From assembly GCA_964199315.1 (NCBI GenBank), contig OZ116709.1:8556001-8620000 (forward strand): a stretch of 64,000 nt of DNA, read 5' to 3'. The position numbers were made by a program, and so were the translations under genes. Positions 1 to 10,405 of the stretch are shown here, piece after piece (the first letter of the stretch is position 1; each line of letters opens with the position of its first letter). Below the pieces are notes generated by a model. It ran no database searches and had not been told where the DNA came from. It was given only the letters and a program-made list of their open reading frames with translations. Source of the stretch: Orbicella franksi (Eukaryota).

Positions 1-2
1 TG

Positions 3-1022
3 ATGGGAGTGTTGTATTTGGCGAAAAAATACATGTTGCCTTCACTGGCTGATAAATGTGTGGAATATCTGCAAGATAATTTAGATCCGTCCAATGTTTT
101 CAGCATCCTACCATCTGCTCAGAAATTTGAAGAGAAAAACCTGGTGGATCAATGCTGGGAAGTGATCGATGAGCAAACAGAAGAGGCTGTGAATTCAGAT
201 GTATTTGCAACAATCGAGAGGTCCTTACTTGAAGAAGTAGTCGTAAGAGAGAGTCTCACGATTGAAGAGATAGAGCTGTTTAAAGCGGTTGACTTGTGGG
301 CAACAAGGGAATGCGAGAGGCAAGGTTTAGCAGCAGTTGGTGCAACGAAAAGAAGAATACTCAAAGAAGAAGTAATTAAAGGAATACGCTTCCCAACACT
401 GAAGAAAGAAGACTTTACTAGTGTGGTGTTAGACTGTGAAATCCTAACTCCAAAAGAAATCGTCAATATTGTCAAATATCTGAATTCAATCTCTACTCGG
501 CCTCCTGTGGGTTTTCCGGAAACAAAAAGATCTGGTTCTGTCCGCGATATTCAACGATGCCGTAGATTTGGGTCTTCAAGTGCCACAGGTTGGTTCTACA
601 GTGACAAAAATGATGCTATCAGTTTCTCAATAGACAGCAAAGATATTGCGCTACTCGGAGTGTGCTTATTTGGTAGCGAGAACAATACTTACGCGGTAGA
701 CTTGGGCTTAACAAACACTGAGAACACCTCAGTTGTGGTGTCGAAAACTGGAACATTTTCTTCAGAACTGTTACAGAGCGACCAATGCAGCTATTACGGT
801 TTTAGAGTGTTGTTTGACAAGAAAATCATTTTAAACAAAAACACTACATACTGTGTAAGGGCTTCAATATTAGGCTCTCCATCACTACATGGATTAAACT
901 GTGTAAGATCTGTTCAGTGTTCAGGGGTTACATTTACATTTGAGAATTCTCGATACCCTAACACTAATGGAACGACTGTTACTCAGGGTCAATTTGCGGA
1001 ATTATTGTTTACCTTTAATTAA
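3..1022 (+). CDS. BTB/POZ-BACK-PHR domain protein (BTBD1/2/3/6 family), 5'-partial
   Basis: ORF begins with the end of a BTB domain (VLYLAKKYMLPSLADKC). A BACK domain follows (NLVDQCWEVID...EIELFKAVDLWATREC...IRFPTL), then a PHR domain (RCRRFG..GWFY...DAISFS...LLGVCLFGS...GQFAELLF). The frame is open to the window edge, so the ATG at 3 is probably internal. Confidence 0.9.
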   Translation: MGVLYLAKKYMLPSLADKCVEYLQDNLDPSNVFSILPSAQKFEEKNLVDQCWEVIDEQTEEAVNSDVFATIERSLLEEVVVRESLTIEEIELFKAVDLWATRECERQGLAAVGATKRRILKEEVIKGIRFPTLKKEDFTSVVLDCEILTPKEIVNIVKYLNSISTRPPVGFPETKRSGSVRDIQRCRRFGSSSATGWFYSDKNDAISFSIDSKDIALLGVCLFGSENNTYAVDLGLTNTENTSVVVSKTGTFSSELLQSDQCSYYGFRVLFDKKIILNKNTTYCVRASILGSPSLHGLNCVRSVQCSGVTFTFENSRYPNTNGTTVTQGQFAELLFTFN

Positions 1023-1276
1023 ATATAGAACGATTTCTGGCGACTCCAGCCAAAGTTTTGGCAAACAATATTGGACATTTTACGCTTAATTTGAGATATT
1101 TTTTGATTTAACCATTTTATCGATATTGTGCATACTTCGAGTGACAGCGATTTGCCAAGTTGTCGCTAAGCAACAGACACGTAAGGTAAGGCAACTTTAT
1201 TTTGAGCTGTAAACGTAGGGAGTGCCAGGGGCTCATGACAAAAACGCACGACTATTTACAATAACATTACTACTTA

Positions 1277-1347
1277 ACAATTACACCCGTAGCCCTTACG
1301 GGCTACGGGTCAATAGCCCATGAGGCGAAGCTTCATGGGCTATTGAC

Positions 1348-1381
<34 letters not shown>

Positions 1382-1391
1382 TAGTATCACC

Positions 1392-1427
<36 letters not shown>

Positions 1428-1585
1428 CAAATGCAAGTTGAAGAAATATTTGTTTGGGAATAAAACGAAAGAAAGCGTCACGCTCGATTGCGCCAATTTC
1501 GCTACTCGAGGACTATTACTAATAGTCCTCTACTAGCGTAGCCAATTAAAATGTAGGATTTGCATTAGTCCACTAGTTGGGTGAT
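1277..1585. mobile_element. Hairpin-rich non-autonomous repeat (MITE/Helentron-like), right end split by a LINE insertion
   Basis: Three hairpins: acccgtagccc/gggctacgggt, caatagcccatga/tcatgggctattg and gaggactatta/taatagtcctc. An inverted repeat ttagtatcacccaactagt (1381) pairs with actagttgggtgat|actaa, whose last bases are displaced to 2879-2883. Confidence 0.65.
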
Positions 1586-2868
1586 TTTTTTTTTTTTTTT
1601 TTTTTGATGAAGCACTTTATTAATACACCTAAAACACACGTACATTACACTTACATGCACTGTTGAAGTTTTACAATGTTCAATAACTTTTCTCATACAT
1701 AAAAGAAAAAGAAAACGTGACAGCTAAGTAACTACACAGAACAAGAAAAAAATATAATATACAAAATATACAAATACAACAAAAAAAAATAAATAAATAA
1801 AAGAAAGGGGGGGTCTATGCATTAGCTTTAAGTATTACAATTTTTAACACTGCATTATTGATATTAATTGAGAGCATTTTTGGATTTACTACGTTAACCT
1901 TGTATTGTAATAACTCTGTTAATTAATCAACTTAATACCCCATAAGTGGTGTTTTTTAGATAAGCGATTTTACGTTTAAGCACATTTTTCTAGTTTCCAT
2001 TGAACAATCAGTTTGTTTACAAGTTCATCTAGAGACAATTCTTTCTGAAGATATTTAAAAGTATAGATAAATTGTTTGACCAGGATGATGAGCAAATCTA
2101 GCTTGCGTTTTAAAGGGTCTGACAGCACATCAGTGACGTGACATGTGTTATGAAAAGCAATTTGTTCTTTTGAAAGTATTATCTCAGTACTTTGAGAATG
2201 ATTGAACCATGATATAATTTGTGAATAAAGTTTTACAGACTCCTTGCAATCAATAAACGTATGTTCTATTGAATCCGCGTTAAAGCAATATATACATTTA
2301 TTGTCCTCGGCTAAATGATATAGTTTAAGTTCTTTCTTCGTTACAATTGTTCTATGTAAGAAACGAAAACAAAATTGGCGAAGTTTATTGTCCTTAGTGA
2401 GGCGATACATATCTTGAAAGCATCCAATCCAGTCACCAAGTTTTTCAGGAAATTTACTCTGCCACTTTTTTACACCACTCGGGACAATAGGGGTATGATT
2501 ATTAAACAATTGGTAATAATTTTTGCAGCGTGCTTCAGCCAGATTAATTAGAGTTTGATTTGAAAGAATGGATGGGGAGGTCGAGGAAAGATCAGCTGCG
2601 GTATAAAAGTTTGAGTTGCTCTCCTTTTCAACTCAGATGGAATGGCTGAAATTAGCTGAAAGTAATGCATATAATTTGTGGTGATGTTAAACTTGTTGCT
2701 GAACTCTTCATATGATAGAAACTTTCCCTTAGAATTTAACACATCCTTTATCGTCACAATTCCGCGTTCAAACCACGATTTCCAAAATAGAGTTGCATTA
2801 TCTATAATTATTGAATTGTTATTCCAAAGAATGAATTCGCCATTTGGAAATATGTTAGCTGTATTTTT
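1586..2868 (-). mobile_element. 5'-truncated L1/Tx1-clade LINE (ORF2 C-terminus with zf-RVT, 3'UTR, poly-A tail)
   Basis: Minus-strand ORF fragments 2548-2757 and 1976-2509 (IVTIKDVLNSKGKFLSY...LRQFCFRFLHR...CIYC..SIEHTFIDC, a CCHC motif). AATAAA precedes a ~20-nt poly-A (T run 1586-1605 on +). A 10-bp TSD GTTGGGTGAT lies at 1576-1585 and 2869-2878. Confidence 0.88.
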
Positions 2869-5139
2869 GTTGGGTGATACTAATTACAATTACTATATTC
2901 GCTAGAATGAATTCAGAATTAAAATATAAACTATTCCTAAGAGCAACTAGTCCTAATATTAAAAATTTGAGTTAGAAAATACAGTGCATACACTGGCACC
3001 CTGCAAACTCCACACCATTCAAACGAGAACGAAATTGTGCCAAAGTGGTCGGGGATTTGATAGCTGGTAACTGGTTCCACATGTGGGCAATCTTATACAG
3101 AAAGCAGTTGGGCATTACAAGGCCGTTATATGGTGGCTGTACAACAGTTAAGCCACTACCTCGTAAATTATAATTAGTTATCCTAGATGTAAAGCAGGCA
3201 CGTGCTTAAAAATATGCATGGCACGCGTTTTTCAGGCAGCATCCACACTTCGCCAGAGAAATTTGGAAACACTGCTTTATTTCGGAATACAAACGATAAA
3301 CTTGAAAGATTTAACCTAAACGTTTCAAACCGTGACTCCGGGGGAAGGGGAGGACTTAGCTCCGTTAACTAGCAGTCCGCAGATGGAAATATGGCTCTAC
3401 GACATGTACTAGAAATGTCTAGAAATGCTATCCTACCTTCTGTGGACAGAGATACTAAGCTTCTCAGAATGTGCTTAATTGTTTGTGAGAAAAACACTTA
3501 CTTGGTAGAACTGCAGTAAATGATGTCGTAAAATAATAAAATTTTGGTATTTATACCTGGAACATTTTACCCAAAGCTATTGCAGGGGAAGAAAATAAAT
3601 TATTTTGGTGTCAAAGTAGTGTTTGACAACGAACTGGTCCTGTTACAGAAAAACACCAAGAAGGAGCTAAAATAACTGGCCCTGATTCGACATGTGTAGA
3701 CAACAGTGATAGCACTGTTACATGTTCAGACCATCGTAACATTTGAATTTAAAGAAAGTATATTGTCTCTTGTCTCAGGTAAATAATACAACCATTCGAC
3801 GGGGTCAGATTGCCCAATTTCGACCAATTGATATTTTCGCTTCGAGTGGAATTTAATTCCAAACAGTCAATTTTGGTCATATACTCATATTTTTAACACA
3901 GATTACATCAAATACCCAGTGGTAATGGTTCTTCACTCAAAATAACTAAAGACTGTAGTTATCGATTTGTTAGCCAAAGCATTATTGCGACTGCTTACAG
4001 AAACAGAATGTTAAGCCCAAAACATGTTTGCCACACTAGGGTGAAATCACAAAACGTAAAGTGGAGATGCAGCAGAACAGAAAAGACGGGGCACTTCTAG
4101 TTGAATTCGCTTTTTCCTTGAGGTCTCTAGGGAGAACATTTTATTCAATTTTACCAAATTAATCTTTCAGTTCCTCGGATTGACCCAAAAATTCTTTCTC
4201 CTTACGACACTCATGCGTTACAAAGAGAATAGGTAGTAAGAATATGGAAAATCATCAAATACCGAACAGATAGTTATACTATATATGCTGTTGCAAGTGT
4301 TATAAATAGGCTTTGTTGTTAAATGTTTAAACTGCAATAGCTATAGTGTAAAACAAAGCAGAAAATGGAAAGCAAATCTCAACTGACTGTAATAATCTGC
4401 CTGAATCTCACCATAACAAATTGAAACCTTTAGTGACAAGAACGTTGCTTGCTAAAAACACCTTAGATTTGTTAAGTAGCACGAATCAAGCTGTATTTCA
4501 CTGAGCTTGTATTTTGTAATTTTGTTTTCTTTGTAAGATTTCTCTCGCCTTGAACAACAATGAAACAAGCAAGAACTTTCCACAAAGAATACCAGAGAAA
4601 AGTAAGGTTGATAGTGTAAATGATGAATTACAATGTCGATAGAAAAATGTAAACAATGTGTAATGAAAGTATAATCGACGTATGTGATCACAATATATAT
4701 TTCAATAAATCAACTGCAATAGGTAAAAATTTTCAGTGTTGAAATGAAAAAGTCTTATGCAATACAACTTGAAGTGTAGGATTGATTTTTTTAAAGGAAA
4801 AGAACCTCTAAAGTAAGACATGTCTGAAGGCACAACATCCCAGGGGATAATTTCAAAACAGGCATGCATGATCTTTAGCAGTTGCACGATTAAGTCGTGT
4901 TTGTTCTAGGCTATATGGGTTTTCTTAAACTTCCCCAGTTAATTGTCGGTCACTTATTCGTAGCAGAGGCGTTCATCCCGATCAGTTTGGTGAAGGTTTT
5001 ATTTTTATCTTCATCAAAGAGAGTAAAACCGATCAAGTAAGGGATTGTCAGTCCGTGGTCATTGCGGAGTGAGGTTCCAGTATTTGTCCTGTGACTTTTT
5101 TTAAATCATACATGAAAAATTCTCGCTTTCCCTTTTTTT

Positions 5140-5320
5140 ATAGAGCGATGCGCATGACGTCATGGCAGCCATATTGGTGTTCCAAACCAATGCAACGGCG
5201 GCCATGTTGGTGTACCAGACCAATCCTGTGTGAGTTCAACTCTTTTCTTATGCAAATACTTTCTTTTGCTCCAATAAATTTGCATGGCTGCTGGACACGT
5301 GACAGCGGCATACGCTCTAT
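5140..5320. mobile_element. MITE with atagagcg/cgctctat terminal inverted repeats
   Basis: About 180 bp with short TIRs and internal ggcagccatattgg/ggcggccatgttgg repeats. I recognise it as a common anthozoan interspersed repeat type. Confidence 0.6.
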
Positions 5321-5360
5321 TCTGAGGAGTACCTTGTTATACATAATATAATATTATAGA

Positions 5361-5520
5361 GAGTCCTTCAAGACATCTCTTCGTGATATTGTATCGGATA
5401 TTGCTAATCAGTGCACACTCTGCCAGAAGAGGTGGTGCGACTTTGGCTGCAAACTCTGGCATGTCTGACAGGAACCTCCAATTACACAGTCTAGAGATTT
5501 CGCAGCATTATTGGGTTTGA
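5361..5520 (+). mobile_element. Tyrosine recombinase C-terminal remnant (DIRS/Ngaro-type YR element or Crypton)
   Basis: Conceptual translation across one frameshift gives ESFKTSLRDIVSDIAN/SAHSARRGGATLAANSGMSDRNLQLH, then SLEISQ/ALLGL. This matches the YR H-S-x-R-x-G-G-A-T...H-G-R-W box. The GRW...Y segment appears deleted. Confidence 0.6.
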
Positions 5521-5600
5521 AATTCATCGTGGCTTTCCACAAGATAAGACCAAGAATACCACTGAAACTATTAGCTACCATTATTTTGCGCATTAAAGTT

Positions 5601-5694
5601 TCATCTTTACCATTGTTGTGGTGGTATTTCTCTGGAGGAATCGTGAACAGCTCATTTCCAGAGGGCTCTTTAAACGTCGCAATTTGGGAGGACA
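5601..5694 (+). pseudogene. Duplicated fragment of the B4GALNT-like exon 1
   Basis: 5601-5632 matches 6644-6675 and 5633-5694 matches 6699-6760 (60/62 identical). The 23 nt at 6676-6698 are absent from the copy. Confidence 0.85.
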
Positions 5695-6597
5695 GGCAAA
5701 TGCATGGGAAAAAATAACCAACTTTTGAATGAAACATAACAATATGCTCTGCAAAACTATCGGCTGCCAAAAAAAAGTAGTAAGATATTTCCTCTAATTA
5801 TAATTATTTTAAATCAAGATTTGCGGAAATTATTTGACTTCAGATTTCCCGTAAAACACTTGAGAAATCGGGCTTAAGTCTGTAAGGACTGGTGCTATGA
5901 CATGAATTGAACAGAACGTTTTTTGGCTCGTCAAACGTTCGCTTTCTTTCTTTTTCTTTAATCATAATCTATACACGGTAAAAACATCAGGTGGAAAAAA
6001 TTACTTAATAATGACTAAAAATCCAAATCCTAACAATATATTAACCTACCTTAATATGCCACTTAAGAAAAATCCTGGTTTCCATGAATGCCGTGTTTTT
6101 TTTCCAGTTTTCACTCTTCCCCTACAAAATTGACCAACGAGAAGAACTGGAAATATCATGTAACCCCCTTCCCGCTGGGGGTATTCCCTTTTGTCACAAA
6201 TTGGGGAGTACCTCCCCAGGGCGTGTAACTTTACACGCAAATTTTCGTTTTTGTTTGTAGTTGTTTGTAGTTGTTTGTTTGCTGCATTTTCTGTAAACGG
6301 TAACCAAAGGTTTTTTTTTTATTTACCCCTGATTTTCATGCGGCGACCATTTTGAATTTTAAATAGGCTTTCGTCGGGAACCGAAACCACGAGGTTTCGA
6401 CAGCCGAGGAATCCAGTTCGGAACATCTCGGAACATTCGATGGCAACAACAACATGGCCGCCATCGTTAAAATTCGCCAAGCGATCGTTTGACTTATTAA
6501 CTGTTCCACTTTCGATGACAAGATGCCTCACTCCATGAGCAAGACCAACGAGGACACTTTTTTCTATCTGTACAGCTAAGCTTTGTTTGTTTATATA

Positions 6598-9500
6598 ATG
6601 TATCGTACGCGAAGACGTAGAATTCTTTGGTGGTTGGCGTTACTCATCATTACCATTGTTGTAGTGGTAATTCTCAAAAACTCCAAAAAGCGCCGAGATG
6701 GAGGAATCGTGAACAGCTCATTTCCAAAGGGCTTTTTAAACGTCGCAATTTGGGAGGACATGTGTGGCGATGAAATGCTTTCTCTTAAAGAGTTTCCTCT
6801 TTTTCCACATGGCCCTTCGACCAGACTTAGAACATCTAGTTTGCGAATGCATTTTACAAGACGATTTCAAAATTTTGGATTAAGGATCTTTGGATATCTC
6901 TCTCCTAGTGAATCTGGGAATTACAATTTTCATCTAGCTTCTAGTGCATCGTCCGAACTGTGGATAAGCTCGGATTCAAAGCCAGAAAACAGCAGGCTGA
7001 TTGGGAATGTCACGACAGGGTTAAGTTGGTTACGTGAGCGAAATATTCCATTGTCCAGGGGAAATCGGTACTATTTGGAAATTTTACATAAACATGGTGA
7101 TCACTATTTATTGAGAAGTAATTATCTCCATCTTAAATGGAGGTTATCATATTGGAAACAACATGATCTAAGGGACATTCCTGCAGATGCTTTAATTGCT
7201 TTTGAAGATGATCATGACTCAAGCACATCTGACAAAATGATAACAAATTTGTTACATAGTGAGCAACTTGATCATAATAATGAAGTTATCCTTCCAATGC
7301 ATATTAAACTCCATGACCCATCATTTGTAAATGAGGAATCAAAACGTCGAGTGGAATTACATCACCTTCCTTTTATCAGTGAAGAGGACACTCGTGATTT
7401 GTTCCCACCATGCAAGTATAGTCCATCATACATAGTAAAAGAACCTTTATGGAGATACCAGGCGACATGGGAGACACACTACTCCTCAATTTATCCTTTT
7501 GACTATTCTGATCTCAGGAAAAGAGAGTATCCAGGTGACAATTTTGTGAGCTTTGGTAATGACAAGCTGGATGAAAACACAGCCAAGGCAATAGCTTCTC
7601 AAGTCTGGATGCAGATACAAAGCAAGCATCCTGGGTAAATATTGAGCAATAATTTTTTAGAGTAAAGTCAAACCTGTACCAAACTAAAAAAAAAAAACAT
7701 ATTTTATACATTCACATGTATAGGCAACTTCATGTACAGTATAGGTTTTTGGAGGACCCTTCTGAAAACCACCTCTATGCGATTGGAGGCCTTCTCTTAA
7801 AAGATTAATTTATTATTATTTATCAATGTCAAAAACTGTTAATGACCCTTGTTAGCATGATAGTCTCGTTCAGAAGCATTGTTTGGGGTTGTCATGCGAT
7901 GATCCTCCAGACAGCTTGTTGCAAAGGGGATTAGTGGCTCAGAGAAGGGTGTGAAAAAAGGAACTGTCATGTAGGGAGGAGAGAACTCTCTACATGTACA
8001 TAGCACTGCCGCAAGTGTTCATCTTTTTTTGGTACCTGCCTTAAGATGATTCCCTTGTAAAAGAACCTGCCATAGATTTCCGATGAAACTTGGTATGCTG
8101 TTGTTACAGGACAAGGAGATATTAAAAGCATAATAAAAGAGGAGGTCATCGTGCAAAATTCGTGCGCAGTAGGGATGCGCAATGCAATACTAAGGAATCA
8201 CCTTAAGCATTCAGTTATAACTTTTTGTAGTTGTTATATGTCATGGCATTATGGGGGGAAGCCCAGAGGCCTATTCATTAGTACAATGGACTAGATCAAG
8301 CAGTCCAAGTTTGGGCCCTGGCTTGGGATTATCTTCTTTTGGACCAAAATGCCCTGCTTAAGGGAGGGAAAGAACTATACAATGAACTAGTAACCTATCC
8401 AGAGGGAGAAGAAATACTCATGGCTTCTTCATACTTGATAAGCACTGGCCTGGACCGTGGGCTTATGGGCTTGAATGCAGATTTAACCTTTACTTTGTAA
8501 TGTGCAAGTAGGTTTTATGAGAAATTTCAAAGGAAAGCTGCAAATAAATAGGGGATAGATTTGAACTATTTCTGCCTCCAAATATTGTATGTGTAGTTCA
8601 CAAGGGTAAAAATGTATTTGAATAATGTCCACGCAACTGATAGGGACAGTCTCATCTACCAAACAACGACATTATTTTTTGGGGGACATTAAAGGATTGA
8701 ATTTTCTTTTTTGACATCGTAGGAAGTACTCTTTTCGACACACCTTAAATGTGGAGGAAAACCATGATCAAGGAACAGGAGACAGATATTTGGTGGAGTT
8801 GGAACTTACTGAAATTTCAAGTGGAAAATCTGTGAGATTCTCTGAATATGTATACAGGCCTTGGGGAACAGGTGATATTTGTAGCCCTGTGGGCATCACA
8901 TGGAACAAGAGTGCTGTAATCAACCTCATTCTTACCACAGGAAACAATCAGGGAAGATGGCTTCTCCATTTCCTTTACCATATGTCAAAGATACACAAGA
9001 GGACTAAGGATCTTAATTTTAATGTGGTTATTACTGAATATGACGGTATAGATGTTGATTTAAAAGCAGCTCTGAAGAGGAGTGGAATTCCACATTATCA
9101 GCATGTAAGACTACCAGGGAAATTTCAGAAGGCCTCGGGGCTGCAACTAGCTGCTGGGATGGTCAAAGATCCGAATTCAATCTTGTTTGTTATGGATCTT
9201 CATTTGGATATTCCTTATCATTTCTTTGATGATGTTAGAAAGGTTAGTAACCGTAGTGGCGTTTTTGAGTATATGTAATGATCACAGGCTAACTTGGCAA
9301 CTGGATCTGATTTCAAGTGACAGCAGGCTCGATTTTAAGCCATTTTGTGAGTCTGTGTTCCTTGCCCCATGTTCGTTGGGAGGAGGATCACAACTGGACT
9401 CTCAAAGTGGCTGGAAATTTAGCCCTGTGTCAAAGATGCCCAAGCATTTCTCTTCATCACTGGCTTTTCTAGTGCACTAAAAAAACTTCCCTTGTTTCTG

Positions 9501-10405
9501 GTTTTATGAGAGGACTGAATTATAAGAGTGAGTGGGGAACTTATGGATTAAAACCACCCTTGCTACATTTGGGTATAAAATTGATATTTGCAGATGAAGT
9601 TGGGGGGGGGGGGTGGGGGAGGGGAATTCTTGTTTACTGGTTGTGTAACTACAGGCAATAATAACATCAACATAATTCTGAGCTTTCGATTAGCCTGAAA
9701 TGTCAGTCATCTCCTGCCAAGGGAAAGAGTGTGGGAGTTGACTGACATTTCAGGCTAGTTTTGGATCTTACTGCAGCAGTTTGCAACAAAGAATGATATC
9801 ATGTAAATCTTTTACTGATGATGTCATACAGCAAACAGTAATTTAAATTTTACACCAGCAATTTTGTACAGACTCTACAAATTAATTTTGCAATTTTTTG
9901 TGACTGCACGAAAGTGGTGGTAATCTATGGAAACTCACTAGATTCAGGGTTGTAAACACTATTAATGTGGACACTTGCTTTGTTTCTGTGGTGTCTATTT
10001 TAATGAGTTTGATTGTATACTTAACAGTAATTGTCCTGTGTTCTTTATATTTTTTTATAGCATTGCATTCAACACAGGGTTGCTTACAGTCCTTTGCTTA
10101 TACGTCTGTCATGTGGAACCACAGCACATCGGCCCTTTGGGTTTTGGGAAAAATATGGCTATGGGTTGATGGCAATTTACAAGAGTGACTGGGACAGAAT
10201 TGGAGGAATGAATGTCGAAGAGTTCAAGAATAAATGGGGTGGAGAAGATTGGGAGATTTGTGATCGTATTTTGATGGATGGCATGGAAATAGAGAGAGTC
10301 AAGATGATGCACTTGTTTCATTATTTCCATTCCAAGAGAGGCATGTGGGCTGATGTTGGTAATGCTGCTGAGCAGGTGGACTATTCTGACAATTTTTGGG
10401 TGTAA
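6598..10405 (+). CDS. Beta-1,4-N-acetylgalactosaminyltransferase 3/4-like (type II TM, PA14 domain, GT7 catalytic domain), about 633 aa, 3 coding exons
   Basis: Exons 6598-7634, 8723-9242 and 10061-10405 join in frame via GT-AG (1902 nt). The N-terminal TM anchor is RILWWLALLIITIVVVVIL. PA14 shows FGLRIFGYL..SGNYNF..SELWIS..YYLEILHK. The catalytic part has FVMDLH and KWGGEDWEI, then LFHYFH. Confidence 0.9.
8230..8490 (+). mobile_element. Degenerate tRNA-derived SINE in B4GALNT-like intron 1
   Basis: Resembles the SINE at 32968-33226 (…atccagagggagaagaaatactc…gggcttgaatgcagatttaacctttacttt tail). Confidence 0.5.

Noticed and set aside
3640-5040. Scattered exon-like segments with GT/AG signals
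   Set aside because: They could not be joined into a frame and show no recognisable protein similarity.
5408-5770. 120-aa minus-strand ORF
   Set aside because: It is the antisense shadow of the YR remnant and the duplicated exon fragment.
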